Source: Amphiscolops sp. MND2022 (Eukaryota). From it: 64,000 nt of DNA. The position numbers and the translations under genes are program-made. Each line of letters begins with the position of its first letter. Positions within the stretch are counted from its first letter, which is position 1. The stretch is from NCBI GenBank assembly GCA_964187785.1, contig OZ076409.1:20028001-20092000 (forward strand), given 5' to 3'. The notes beneath the pieces were generated by a model. It was not told the DNA's origin. It made no database searches and worked only from the letters and a program-made list of their open reading frames with translations. This document shows positions 14,330 through 27,572 of this stretch, in pieces.

Positions 14330-14900
14330 AAACTCGTGGGATAGGAAGGTTGACCATTTTGGGTTAGGATCGGGCCATTTGCGTTCCCTGGGGCATCTGT
14401 TTTGAGAGCAAACGGATTCGTCCTGTCTGGGATCCATAATGCCGCGAACATTGGTCTTTGATTATTCCTCATTTATCGTTATTATGTACTCCTGCGCGCG
14501 CAATCGAAATTTCACTGAAAGTTTATCGTGTTCCGCCTCGGTTGCACCACCAATTACTACGTCGTCGATATCCACGACAAATTCTGCTTGGTCTTCATAC
14601 TTGATAGTTGAGCAAGATGTTGATAGTTGAGATCACATTATAGAGAACTTGCAGACGTCAACTTAACCTCGTAAGCTAGAGGCAAAACTCATATCACCTT
14701 TCTTTGTGTCCTGTGTCATTGTCATGCGAGTCCTCCTGCTCGTCATGTAGGTGTCAGCTGTCACGGCTAGAGTCTTGATAGCTGCAAGAGCATTTTTTAC
14801 GGTCGCCGTGGCGTTGTTTAGCTGGAAGCCGTGGGGATTGTTGCCTAGAACAACTTCACAATACTGGAGGAGCTGTAAAGTGCCCTCGTGGTCGGGGGGC
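14330..14900 (-). mobile_element. Short Gypsy remnant (gag-like fragment and RT fragment)
   Basis: Minus-strand DIDDVVIGGATEAEHDK at ~14525-14575 resembles the RT YxDD region. A gag-like segment lies at 14663-14900. Confidence 0.55.
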
Positions 14901-15149
14901 TTCCTGGCTTTGAGAACACGATAAGTGATTGTACCAAAGTGGCTTCTAGGCCTGGAGCACACAATACGTGATTGTACCAATGTGGACATTGCAACGGGTC
15001 TGCAGCACACGATACGTGATAGTACAAAGTGATATTAATCAGCGAGGCGATTGTAGTTCCGTACCAGTTTAGGCGTCGTTTTAGGGAAAATGGGACATTA
15101 TAAAAAGATCTTTTATATATGGAATATGATGAAAAGGAACGATCTGGTG

Positions 15150-15680
15150 AATGCGCAATTGGCCCAAAGTAATTCGACCTAAAATAAATTGGCCTAAATC
15201 ATTCGGTCACTTGGCATATGTCTTCAAGGCAAACGTCTTGCCTGAATAATCACTTGGCTTCACACCATTTGGTTGAAAACCACCAATTTGAAAACACGTT
15301 GCTGATTCTGTCGAAATTATTAATTATATCATAGTCCGTTATGTCCACATACCCCTGGAGCGCCCTGAATACAAAAGCGAAATGAAGCGGAGTGACTTGC
15401 CATAGGTCCAAACCTCAATGTTGCTCCTTGGCGAAGGGATTGAAGCGACCAAGCCATGCAACAAACATGCTGAACGTTTCATAAAGTTTGTTGTTTCTTG
15501 AGCATTACGATAAAAATTCAATTCAGTTTTATTCTTTATTAAGCTATTTTTGCCATTGCTTGAGTTAGAATCGACTTGACCTACACATTGTGGTCATTTG
15601 ACTTGAAACCATTTGGCTAAATGACACGAGGAAAACAATGAGCCAAATGACTTGGAGCCACGTGACTTGTCGCCAACGAA
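15150..15680 (-). mobile_element. Foldback MITE-like element carrying core A (15332-15469)
   Basis: Arms with repeated ttggcc / ccaaatgac motifs around a reverse-strand core A. Confidence 0.55.
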
Positions 15681-16834
15681 CTAACATGAATAGGAGTAAA
15701 GGTTCGTTGTATTTCGCAGGTTCTTTGTAGGTTGTAGAAGTTGCCAGCCCACATACTGAGACAAGCGGATCATGTAGAAACGTCAATCTGTAGGAACAGT
15801 GTCATTTAAAACATTTCTTACAAGGATCCTCTGAAAAGAAGTGATACAATAAAAAGACATCTGAGCTTTTCACGATCTATTACAATAACGTTTACGACAC
15901 TTAACGCGAACACTTAGACTCTTTTTCGTTAAATTAGAATCATTAAACTAGAATCGGTAAATTAGAATTTCGTTAAACAAGAAACATATGCATCACCTAA
16001 CGTTTCTCTTTTGAAGTGTTGTCCTGATTGTTTCCAATGATTTCGAGAAAATCATCGCACTGAAATGTGTTTTTGTCAACATTTGTAGCAATCTTCCGGT
16101 TCTTCGGTCACATGTCATTGGCTTGAAGTTTCCATTCTAACTCAAGCATGGGCTGAAAACAATTTTTTCAAAACTAAAACGAACATGAAGTTCAAAAGAA
16201 ATGATCGGGAGAAACAACAAACGAAAAATGTTACTAAATTTAGCATATTACCGCAGGTACTTGGCAAAGGGAGCAAAGCGACCGAGCCATAAAACAAATA
16301 CGCAAAACAGTTTGTAGCATTGTTCGTTCTTAAACACTGTGTTTGCAATTAAATCCAGTTTTGGTTTTTAATTCTAGCTTCTATTTAGAGCCATTCGGTT
16401 GTTTTCAGCCATTGCATGATTTAGAAAGGAGTTGGCTTAGATTTGTGATCAATTTGCTAAATAATATGGCGCCAAATGACTCGGCAAACAAATTTATCTA
16501 ATGGTTTTGAGCTAATGACTTGCAATATTGAGGCATGGCCAAATGGCACGTCGCCCTGCTTCGCTTCGCTTTGCCTCTGCATGTGGGGCACTAGGGCTAA
16601 TTGAACATAGCTAACAATGTTAAAATAATAAAATGGACAACATCTGCTACGTGTTTCCGGGTCATAATCTTTTGGATGGGAATCTTCTGGGTAGTTTGCG
16701 AAAACATCTGGGTATAAAAACTACCCAAATGAGTTTCCTTTGAAATGGCCAAAAATCATTTTTTCAGACAATGTTTGAGATATTTTATGAAGAGTTTGTC
16801 TCGATTGACTCTGATAGTAGCGACAGTGATGAAA

Positions 16835-19800
16835 CCAATAGTAGAAGTGGTGGTGGTTGTAGCAGTAGTAGTAAAAGACTCGAATTCACTGGAAACAGGA
16901 AACGTAAACAAGAATACGTATGAAAGCTGCATTTACATGTTAAATTGTCTTTCAATGAAAAGTACGATATAAGGAGCGATACTCGGAACATCTACATCTC
17001 ACACGATAGGTACATATAATATTGTAGTTAAACTTTGTTCTCGTCAGATTTTCAAACATTCAAAAAATGCATGTTTGAAATTTTCCAGCGGCCAATTCAA
17101 GCCAAAGATTCTATCTGCAAGTAATACATTGTTTATCCAAGGGGCACGAATACAAAAGTTCTCTTTGGATTTCCATTTTGAGGATCAGTTGATTTCAAAA
17201 AGATCGTGATGTTACTGGTTGTATTGGATTAGTGCTTCAGAGGCATTGCAACATGGAAATTGACACGTGTGTTAATTATTTTTCAGAGAAGAATGAAATC
17301 TGCCTGAACAAGTTGATAACAAATTAACAGGAGATTCAATTTCCCTTTCATAACAGGTACATTCATAATCCAGGCCAGGACAGAACTATCGGAGCACTTT
17401 GTGGAACTTGTTCAAACACTCTAGGCTGAAACAACAAGTAAGTCATTAATCCATAGGAGAAACAACAGGGGACCCAAGGTACTGCCCGTGGTACTCTCAA
17501 AGGCATGGGCCGAATGTTTGAGCAGATGTCATCAAAGCGGACACAATGTGAGCGGTCCGAGAGATATGAGGCAAGTAACCTTGTGATATTTCGGTCGAAA
17601 CCGACAGCCGGGAGCTTTTTGATGAGGAGATCATGAGGCTGACAAAAGCCTTAGCAAAATCAAACTAAACACAAGAAAAGGGGATGTTTTGATCTAAAAA
17701 ATATTACAGGGCACCGAGATAGTGAATCAGTAAGGTTACTGTATTTTGCTTTGTCATAAAATCGACTTGTGTCCTAACGATTTTATCTCTGACATGAGTA
17801 TAAACATAATCAAAACATTTTTTTCCAGAAATAATGAAATGCGTGATAAAATGCCGATCGGCCGGTAATTAGTAACACAGGAAACAAAACCGGACTTATG
17901 CAAAGTGGTAATAGTAGCTAATTTTTAGTCCGAAGTCTCTACAAGATTGAACAATTCAGAGAAATAGACATTGCCCTGCGGGTGCAATAAGATAGCCATA
18001 ATGTTTAAGCACAAAAACAAGGAATGCCTTCGGAAGCACAAGCAGTTGATTCGTCATACAAGGGTGGAGAAGGATACGATAGTTTCTAATTTGAAATCCA
18101 TGTCATCCAACGAAACTTCAATGTTTCCGGGCCACACCATGTCTTCAAGATTTATCAAAGTTGTCGGTTTGCAGACCGAGGCGAAACAAATATTTAGAGT
18201 TTTGCATTTTAAAACATTGTCAGCTTAAGTATTGTCACCATTTTTGGGGAGCGTATTTGGTAAGCCCCTTTTTGAATTTCGAAACCGCAATTTCTTGAAA
18301 CAATGATTTGATACTTTCAAATGGAGGTTTTCAACTGGGCTGGTTTTGTCTAACTCAATGGAGTAGGATAGACTTTGTTAACAGATATTGAAGGAAGCTG
18401 AATAGGAGATGTTCCATTTTTTATCCAATTTACTTTGTAAAGAGTTTTTACAATTTGTTATGTTGATCCTATGAGATGAGAAGTAATATGGAAATAATTG
18501 TATCTAATATGGATATCTAGGCGCTTTCTACTTTTGCTAGAGAGGGATTTTTCCACAACTTAAAAACATTGGTACTATATCTCGACAAAAGTGAGCGAAA
18601 ATGGCAAGCAGTTTGGAAGGAAATTACAAGGTTTTCAGTGATTACTGTCAGATATTATAAGACTCAACTGTATTGTTTGCTAGTTGGAAGAGACTGAAGC
18701 ATTTCGTGGGATTTATCCGTGTTTGAACAAACACCGGAAATGATATGAGAGTTTCTTGGAATGGATAGATTAATTTCAGGGCAATTTGTAATAAAAAACA
18801 AGGGTGTTACCATTTACATCAGTTCTTTGCATATCTAATGGTTTTGGATACAGATCTAAAATAAAAACGATGACTTCTTTTTCATGGGATTTTGATCTTT
18901 TTAGGATTTTCCAGTTAGGTTCAGGAAAAATAAAATCACCGACGAAGTTCCTGTCGTCAGAAAAGTATTGTAAGCTATTGATCAAGCAGTGAGTTTGGAA
19001 TTCGCTTATGTATGCCTGGAGACTGATATTATTGAGTATGCTTCGTTGTTTGGTGAACTTGATGGAAGTTTGTAAAGTAATACATGCAAAAAACAAGGTT
19101 CCCCGTTGTTGCGATCAGGTCAATCTTTTTGAAATGGAATCCTTTCATGACTTCGGAGGTCATTATTTCAGTATGTATGAAAGTTTCGCACGGGAATAAA
19201 AGTTTGATATCATTGGCTACGATCAGATTCTTCACTTTTTGTTGTTTCGATGAACGTTTCAGAGATAGACAATTTATGACAGCGGCATTCAGGACGGAGG
19301 GTCTTTTATCAGTAATCCTCAACTCTTTACTTTTACAAGAGAAAACCAAATTTTTCATTCTTGTCGGTGTTTTCTGAATTGATCTAGATTAACGTTTGCA
19401 TAGAACTATTTTTTCTAGGACCTCCCAGATGAAGTGAGAAACTTTTTCAGATAAAAAAGATAATCGAATTGTTGGAATTTGTAGCTCTTATGGAAGCATC
19501 TTTCCAAAAACCAACCACGGTCATTTTAACATGTTACCAGTAATGGTCTTCGACACACTTTTGTGGACGAGTTGGTATCCGGAAATTGGTTTTTCCTTTT
19601 GCCGATTCGACGAATGGATTTGATATTGCCATCTGACTATTCATTCAGAAACTTAATAATACTAATCACATGACTAGAGTCAGATTCATGGAGACCAGAT
19701 AAAGGACCAATGGCATCAAGTACACCTGTGATACTACACTGAACATTGGAGGATCTAGTACCTTGAGTTCGATCATTATTCGAAACTGTCGTATTAATGA

Positions 19801-20250
19801 AACTTTTGACAATTTTGCAACAACCCATGGCAATGATTCTCTTAGGCGTTTTTCCACATCAGCTTTTATTTGAGATTTGTCAGCGGGAGAATCAGCCAAG
19901 CTTTTGAATTTTTGTTTCGGAACAACTTCTTGGAGAAAATCGATTTTACCTGTGATGGATTTTAACTAGGATGTTATTTCTTCATTTTGTAATGAAAGTA
20001 ACATAGCTTCGGGTAGCATTTGAGAATTGATTTCAAGACAAGCATCCCACATCCAGAGGCAATTCGTTATGGATTCCAGCCATTTGATTTCTCGTTGGAG
20101 AGTGAGACACATTGGCCATGAAACCACTTCACACAACCATGGAATCCAATCCTTGGGGGTTCATCGTCCTTCACCACTTTATGCATGAACATTTTTCGGC
20201 CGCACTTCTTGAGTTTGTTCCGTGTTTTGAGTTCTGAGCACTCATTTAAT
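16835..20250 (-). mobile_element. Decayed near-full-length CR1-type LINE with a PHD-finger ORF1
   Basis: Minus strand: C..KWFHGQCVSL...CLWM.DAC (PHD) at 20040-20150, ORF1 coiled region, EN (INCLSL, CETF, GDF), RT remnants at 17300-17900, and a (TAC/CAC)n tail at ~16840-16872. Confidence 0.8.
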
Positions 20251-20684
20251 TTGAAAATATGAAGCTAGTTCGGATGAAGAGAAACCATCCCCGGGAAAAC
20301 AAAAAATTTGGAGGGCCTTTTTGCCATAGACATCCTCAGATAGGTTCATTGAATATTAGCCTGAAGACGCTTTAAGAAATTGCTCAAAGATGCAGCAGAT
20401 GTTTTCCGTTAGTTCTCTTGTTATTCTAATGAAATTTTTCCCACATTTTTTCAAATTTAGGAAGACGGCTCAAGTGCGTAGGATAAAGTGCCCAGAAATG
20501 CTTACCCCAAAAAACGTACCCAAACGTTTCCTACCCAAGTGGGCTGGGACCGCGTTTCCAATTTAATGATTTTAGGCCAATTGTGGTTGGGCCAAGTGAC
20601 CATTACACGAGAAATTGTGCTGAAAAAAATACGCTTAGTGACCAAATGTATTAGGCCAAATGACTTGTGGGCACAAACTTCGAT

Positions 20685-21190
20685 CTAAGGAAAAAGATGG
20701 TAACGCAGTTCTCTACCTAAGATCTGAATGTCATTTTTTGTACTTGCAATCTAGAGAATGCCAGCTCCTGAATCGTAACTAAAGTCTAAGGATTCCATTT
20801 TTTAGATGTCATTCCCGATTTGGAAATGATTTAAAGTATTAAAACGTGCCTCGGATATGTCCCCATTTCTCTAGTGCCGCACGGCCTCTCGGGGCCGCTT
20901 GTTTTCCCATCTTGCCAAGCGAAGTCGATCAGGAGCGAAGACCTAGCGGGAACGGAGATCGCGAAGCGATCGTAGCGGTAACTGGTCTTTGCGACGGTGA
21001 GGGCGAGCGTGCATACACCGTATAAGACCCCACATTTTTCCTTAGACGTTTTCTCTGTTCATTTTAGACATTGATGACGAATATCCATTATATCTGATAG
21101 TGGAAAAAAAATTTAGATCCTAGTTACGGTGCATGATTTTTAGATCTTAGTTCCTACTTGGAAATTTGTTCAGATCTTATTCCTTAGAGT
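20685..21190 (+). mobile_element. Foldback MITE-like element carrying core B (20849-21031)
   Basis: Ends tctaaggaaaaagat / atcttattccttaga with repeated agatct motifs around core B. Confidence 0.6.
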
Positions 21191-21387
21191 TAAATTATGG
21201 TCCCAAAATGACTTTATGCGAAGTGTCCAATTATCGGTACTTCCTGGCAACGATAACGCAATATCACCAGCGTTAGACTTGGTGGTAGGTCTGTAAGCTC
21301 TTCCAAAGACAGAAAATCTCCCTTGAAATCTTCTTAGCTTTACCAGCAACTTGGCGGAATCTTGTTACTAAAACTGGGTTCATGTAT

Positions 21388-21587
21388 NNNNNNNNNNNNN
21401 NNNNNNNNNNNNNNNNNNNNNNNNNNNNNNNNNNNNNNNNNNNNNNNNNNNNNNNNNNNNNNNNNNNNNNNNNNNNNNNNNNNNNNNNNNNNNNNNNNNN
21501 NNNNNNNNNNNNNNNNNNNNNNNNNNNNNNNNNNNNNNNNNNNNNNNNNNNNNNNNNNNNNNNNNNNNNNNNNNNNNNNNNNNNNNN
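21388..21587. other. Assembly gap (200 N)
   Basis: Run of N. Confidence 1.
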
Positions 21588-24428
21588 GTGCTAATTTATA
21601 ATGTCCGGAGCATTCTAGATATTACACGAAGACAGACATTAGCCAACTCATTAGCGCTACAGGACATTGATATCGTTTGTTTATCAGAAACATGGCTTAC
21701 CTCAGCAATCTCAAACAATTCGTTATTCTTAAACCAGTTCAATGTATTCAGAGGCGACCGACCATCCAAATCGGGCGATAAAACAAGTCACGGAGGTACG
21801 TTAATTGCGTCGTCGAAGCGGCTTATCTCTAAAGAAATACAATTTCCAAATGTAGCCAATGACGATTGTGCCTGTGTGCAAATCGATCTCGATGATACAA
21901 AGATTTTAATTGCATCAATCTACTCAGCCCCAGCCAATAGTCCCTATAAATGGTCATTACAAAAATTCACGGACTTCCTTGTGAATATAGATAATCTGAA
22001 GAATAGCAATAACATAGAGCACGTAATTATCACCGGAGATATAAACTTTGAATTTACCAATTGGTATGTGATGGAGTCTTCTGATAACTTTGAATCGGAA
22101 ATATTGGATTTACTTGTCTACTACAATTTCGAGCAAATGATTCATGAAGACTCATCTGGAAATTCACTCCAGGTCATTCTCACGAACAGCCCAGAATTTG
22201 TGACCCTGTGTAAGATAAATCTTACTACGCATAAATCGTTTGCCATTGACGATAAACCACTGAGCAACCATTATCCCTATTCCATGACGTTCGAGGCCTA
22301 TTATGACCCAACACCCCACGCCAAACTCAATTGCTACTCTTACTCAAAAGCGGACTTTCCATCCGTAAACGATTATATATTATCAAACCCTTTTACTCCG
22401 TACTGTTATAGTAATGTGGATGTTCTTACTGAGCAATGGTACACTTGGTTAGATGAAATTCACAAACAAACCATTCCCAAACGCACCAAGCACCGATCTT
22501 CTTTACCAGCATGGATAAAACCAGAAACTTCATGCGTTATAAGGAAAGTGAAATCAATGGAATCAAAACAGTTACGAAACTTTTCGTATGCCAGATCGTG
22601 CAAAATTCTAAACCTGCTTACAACTATCAAGGAGATGACAAGTATAGATCAATTAGATTACGAGGAAAATGTGTTTAGGTCAAGACGTTTTGACAAAATT
22701 TACCGCTATATCAAAGAAATCAAATCACCTGACAGACTCCCCTCAGTTATGCACTATAGAGACAAGCAAGTCCAAACTGATACTGACAAAGCGAATTTAT
22801 TTAACAATTGGTTCGCAAGTGTGTATAACATTGCTACCCAATTGTTGGAATCCGATGAATTGGTAAATACTGAACCAAGGATTATAACCAGCAGTATACA
22901 CTTCAGCGTGCGCGATATTGTTAAAATACTGTCTAATTTAAACGTGAACAAATCACGTGGACCAGACAATATTCCGAATATTTTCCTCAAAAAGTGTGCC
23001 GAATCTTTAGCCCCGTCAATTTACCTACTCCTGAGGACCGCTGCAAATAAGCACAAATTCCCGTCAGCATGGAAAGATGCCACAATAGTTCCGCTGTTCA
23101 AAAAGGGTGATAAGAGCTGCGTTGAAATGTATCGCCCAGTGGCGCTCCTTTGCACGATATCGAAGGTCTACGAACGCATACTATACGATACCATATATGC
23201 ACACGTCAAGGATGATATAAATTCTTCTCAGTACGGCTTTTCTAGAAACAAATCTGCCGTTCTTCAACTTTTGGACTATGTGGACGATATCTACCGAGCT
23301 AGAGAAAATCAGGATATTTCTTACTTTGCGACAATATACATCGATTTCGAAAAAGCCTTTGATAAAATTTGCCACAACATCCTTTTACGGAAGCTATGGT
23401 CAGCTGGGATTCAGGGGGGTCTACATGACATACTTAGGGATTACCTTAGTAACAGAAGGCAAAGAGTTAGAGTAAACAGCAGTTTGTCGGATTACAAATA
23501 CGCCACAAGTGGTGTCCCCCAAGGGTCGCTGCTGGGACCACTAATGTTTGTCATTTACATCAATGATGTAGTTAAAAACTTGAGCGTGGATTCCAAATTA
23601 TTCGCTGATGACCTAAAACTATATTCTGACGACCATCAAAATCTCCAATTATCCTTGAGACATATCCTTGAATGGTGTAATTCCAACAGAATGAGCGCCA
23701 ATATTAGTAAATGCGGTTATCTGCTATTCAAGGGCAAAGACCAGGGACCCTTTTTGTTTGGAAATTCTGTTTTTGAGAGAAAACAATGTGAAAAGGACCT
23801 GGGAGTTATCATCTGTGACAATCTGAATTGGAGCGAACATATTAAAAGTAGAGTTTCTAAAGCCTATAGCATGTTTCACATGATCAGAAGAAATGTTTCC
23901 CCGAGAACATCCAAAGGAGCGAAAATGAACTTATATCGTGGTTTATTAGTCCCAATTTTAACTTATGGCATGCAAGTTAGCCATGCAAATACCAATTCGC
24001 TTTCTGCTTTAGAATTGTTTCAGGCACGCGTTACGAAATGGATCGACCATGAGCCAGATTACAAAATGAGACTACACCGCCTGAATTTATTACCAATCTC
24101 GCTATACATTAAGTTACATGATATCCTTCTTTTGAGTCGAATAGTCAATGACAAGTACAACTATGACTGGGAGCCGAAGGTACGTTTTCCCCCTTCAGAT
24201 AAAAGAACGAGAGCTGCCGAGTCCGAATTATTTGTACTACCGAAACTGCGATTATCTTCAAGTAGACAAAATTTCTGGTACCGGTCTATTGCGATTCACC
24301 AAGCGACCAAGAAAGACATTGACCTACTATCTCCCACAATTAAAGAAGATCTTACCAAAGTTTTCAAAGAATATTTTGCCAATTCCTACAATTATCATAT
24401 AAAGTCGACGTGGAAAATGACGAGTTAG
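21588..24428 (+). CDS. Uninterrupted LINE ORF2 (APE endonuclease plus RT), CR1/L2 group; true start lies in the gap
   Basis: 946 codons open. YNVRS, SETWL, GDINF; QYGF, DFEKAFD, GVPQGSLLGP, FADD, EKDLGV. Confidence 0.97.
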   Translation: MLIYNVRSILDITRRQTLANSLALQDIDIVCLSETWLTSAISNNSLFLNQFNVFRGDRPSKSGDKTSHGGTLIASSKRLISKEIQFPNVANDDCACVQIDLDDTKILIASIYSAPANSPYKWSLQKFTDFLVNIDNLKNSNNIEHVIITGDINFEFTNWYVMESSDNFESEILDLLVYYNFEQMIHEDSSGNSLQVILTNSPEFVTLCKINLTTHKSFAIDDKPLSNHYPYSMTFEAYYDPTPHAKLNCYSYSKADFPSVNDYILSNPFTPYCYSNVDVLTEQWYTWLDEIHKQTIPKRTKHRSSLPAWIKPETSCVIRKVKSMESKQLRNFSYARSCKILNLLTTIKEMTSIDQLDYEENVFRSRRFDKIYRYIKEIKSPDRLPSVMHYRDKQVQTDTDKANLFNNWFASVYNIATQLLESDELVNTEPRIITSSIHFSVRDIVKILSNLNVNKSRGPDNIPNIFLKKCAESLAPSIYLLLRTAANKHKFPSAWKDATIVPLFKKGDKSCVEMYRPVALLCTISKVYERILYDTIYAHVKDDINSSQYGFSRNKSAVLQLLDYVDDIYRARENQDISYFATIYIDFEKAFDKICHNILLRKLWSAGIQGGLHDILRDYLSNRRQRVRVNSSLSDYKYATSGVPQGSLLGPLMFVIYINDVVKNLSVDSKLFADDLKLYSDDHQNLQLSLRHILEWCNSNRMSANISKCGYLLFKGKDQGPFLFGNSVFERKQCEKDLGVIICDNLNWSEHIKSRVSKAYSMFHMIRRNVSPRTSKGAKMNLYRGLLVPILTYGMQVSHANTNSLSALELFQARVTKWIDHEPDYKMRLHRLNLLPISLYIKLHDILLLSRIVNDKYNYDWEPKVRFPPSDKRTRAAESELFVLPKLRLSSSRQNFWYRSIAIHQATKKDIDLLSPTIKEDLTKVFKEYFANSYNYHIKSTWKMTS

Positions 24429-24516
24429 GCGAAAGCCGGACAACTTTAAGGAGAACCTGTGGAATTCTGGGACCCTGTCCCCTCCTTCGGGAAAAACCCA
24501 TTATTATTATTATTAT

Positions 24517-24552
<36 letters not shown>

Positions 24553-24553
24553 A
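24429..24553 (+). other. LINE 3' UTR with stem-loop and (TTA)n/(TA)n tail
   Basis: aggag...gggac-cct-gtccc-ctcct inverted repeats followed by attattattat and (ta)n, as expected for CR1/L2 3' ends. Confidence 0.75.
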
Positions 24554-24589
24554 ATTTTTTAAAAATGAATTTAGTGGGTTATTTTGTTA

Positions 24590-26240
24590 TTTTCCCACAA
24601 GGGGCTTCCCCCCTCAGTTATCAGTCACAGTTTCTTCATAATTCATAAGTAAATGTCTAGAGGAAATTTCTGGAGTTGTTCATTGTACAGTCACAATGTG
24701 CCCACCATGTACAGGTTATATGTTCTTGGTAGCTTCGACTGATTGTGTCCCAGAGCCATTTCAGTAAGCGGTGATCCAAGCCAGCAAAACATCTGTTGTT
24801 GACAGAGGGTGGGCATAGGTTTGTCAATCTAGCAGTTCGAAACAAGAAATTCTGTACACATTTCTTGTTCCAGGGTCTTTCGCGCTGAAACGTATTTGAA
24901 GTTACAAGCCAGGTTGAGTAGTGTTGAGAGTTCTTCGGAAATTGTTCAGTTAAGTCGGGGCTGAAAAATTGTTCAGGGCTTTAGAGAAGGCAATCAAATC
25001 TAATACCTGAAAGTAGTATGGCAAAGGGAGAAGGTTGAATGTTATCAGTGCTTGTCGATATTTGAGGTGAGGACAAATTCAGCGGAAAAATCTTTTTTGT
25101 TCTGATTCGAGCATTCACATGCATTCCATATTCATATCAATACAAGGAGAAGCGTAGGTTTAATTTGGAAGAACCATATTTTGTATAGAGTTAATTTGGT
25201 GTAGGCGGGAACGTTAGGAGAATTGCGTTTGAGCATAAAAAACACTTTGCTTTCTTTGGTTCCAGCCTTTTCGATATGTGGTTTCCACGATAGATTGCTG
25301 CTAACAACAAATCCAAGGCCTTTATGTGAGTCAATTTCCTTTATTACTTTTGCCTTGAAGCATACTTGCGGAGATGTTGTTCTTCCGAATGACATGAAGT
25401 AGCATTTATTTGTATTGAATGAGGTACGATTATAAAGAGTCCACGAGAATATACCATTCAAGTCACTTTGTCACAATGGAAACGACCAATGTCAACAGCA
25501 AAGTTCAGAAATTTTGCATCATCTGCATTTAATAAAGATTTACTGGATATGTATTTTTTCGGTAGATAAATAATGAAAACCAAATAAAAGAGAGCAGCTG
25601 GAATGGCTCCTTGAGGTACTCCACTACCTGCAAAAATACAATGCGAGAGCATTTTAATAACCCTCACTCTCTGTGGTCGATTTTGCAAGTATGATTCAAT
25701 AAGTATCAAAAGCTTGCCTCAAATTCCATAGCTCTCGAAGTAGAGTATCGTGATCCACTCTATCGAACGACTTTTCAAAGTCAGTATAGATGACGTCAAC
25801 TAGTTTGTTCTGTTCAATTGGTTGTGTATGAGATCCAGATGTGTAAAAAGTTGTAAGATACAAGAGCGGTGTTTTCTAAAACAGTATTGGACATCATCGA
25901 AGAAAGGATGGAGGTGATTAAAAAGTGCTGAGAAGAGACAGTGTCCAAAGATTTTGGAACCCAAGTCAACGAGCGATTTTGGTGTGGGTAGAATATTTTT
26001 TGTGCTGCCTTTCTTGTGAGTAGGGACGACTTTGAATTGCTTCCAGCTCTGGATATGTCGAGGTTCGGCAAAAATTCTTCATTATTTGAAAGAGAAAATA
26101 CGACAATGTATGAGTACATTTCTTGAGAAATATTGCCGGGAGGTCATCGGGTTTGGTTCTCTTTATTTGTTAATATCGATTGTTTTACATAGTTCAACGA
26201 CAACGTTTTTGTTGATAAACAGTTTTTCAAGATAGGGATT
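24590..26240 (-). mobile_element. Decayed LINE RT and 3' fragment
   Basis: ESYLQNRPQRV, SGVPQG, NADDAK, LGFVVSSNLSWKPHI. Confidence 0.85.
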
Positions 26241-27572
26241 GCACAGTTGGCTCCAAGGTTACTATATAAAAAACTGTTTGATTCAAAATAATCACTGGAA
26301 AAAAGTTAGCATAAAGGTTAGCTTTGTCAAGTTCGGATTCAACTTCGCTATTAACAAGCTACAATATTTATTTAAAATTGTCCCTCAATAGTGATATATG
26401 TCAATTTAAAAAACAACAAAGTCTCTCGGGGTAATTATCGATAGCAAAAAACTAGCGGGATCATTCTACCAAAACAACTAGGAGAGCAAAACGAATTTGG
26501 AATAAAATCAAGTCGTTTTGCAATAGAAAATGGAGCCTTGCACTTTAAACGCTAGTTCTGTTGTACAAAACCACCATCTTACCATCACTTTTCTATGCAG
26601 CACCAGTTTGGCTTGAGAAAAACCTCAAATACGTCACAGCAGTACAGAACAGTTTCATAAGGACAGTCTTTAGACACGGATTTTCGCCGAATATCGACTC
26701 ATGTCAGGTTTTGCTATAACGCCGTCTCTTGATCTTCTGAGTACAGCCATCAACGTCATTTTACGACTTTAGCTCAAACTAGAAAACGATTTATTATATT
26801 GGACCCATGATGCATCTTCCTCTTTTCCGGGCAGTGTTGCTAACCTTCCGAGAGTCATGTCACTAGATTCAGAAAGTTTTTGAGAATTCAAAATTGTACG
26901 AGATATAAACAACAAGATGTCAGCCTTTTCATTAACCATCTTTGGAACCTCAGGTGGAAAAATAATGACAACAAGTCATTTCTGAAGCGTTGCACCAAAA
27001 CCCCACCAACTTGTAACACTCTATCGCCCGTATTCAACCTCCAAAGGTATGAAGCTATCAAAACATGTGAAATGCTGATCGACAATTCTTTCGCTTCAGC
27101 CGAAAACGCTTGGAAAATTTAGCAGGCGGAATCTCCGATGTGTCGTTGTGGCAAAAGAGAAAAGACTGCAGAACATTTCTTTCTGGCATGTGGTCTATAC
27201 CAAGACATCAGACCAAAAGACATTGACTCATTGAATCTCTTTGACTCTGAAGACTGCAATGCCACTGTCGACTACATCTCACACTCAACGAAGTTATACG
27301 GAATTGTATAGCTCTCATCAAAAAACCTAACCTAACATTATCCAATTCTCAATGCTTATTTTGTACTATTTATACGTTGAACACCCTCCCGCATATATGA
27401 AATTAGAATATATATAATTTCCCAATCTGGTGCCTGAAAAACTTAAGCACTGATTGGTCTCTTTTGGTCGTTTCTCCGACTTGACCTTGTTTAGAAGGAC
27501 ATCCGCTTGCACATGAGAATATGGGGACCTGGTCTGAAACTCAAAGCGTGCTAGCGAGTCTCTGTATAAAAA
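26240..27572 (+). mobile_element. LINE-A 3' fragment with C-terminal CCHC knuckle (I/Jockey-group-like)
   Basis: LGVIIDS, LYKTTILPSLFYAAPVW, SPMCRCGKREKTAEHFFLAC, and an A-rich end at ~27565. Confidence 0.75.

Noticed and set aside
14913..15031. Three ~29-bp repeats with unlike spacers, superficially CRISPR-like
   Set aside because: Only three degenerate units, spacers of 13-18 bp, no cas genes, and eukaryotic transposon context.
21362..21601. ORFs spanning the N run
   Set aside because: Artefacts of the assembly gap.
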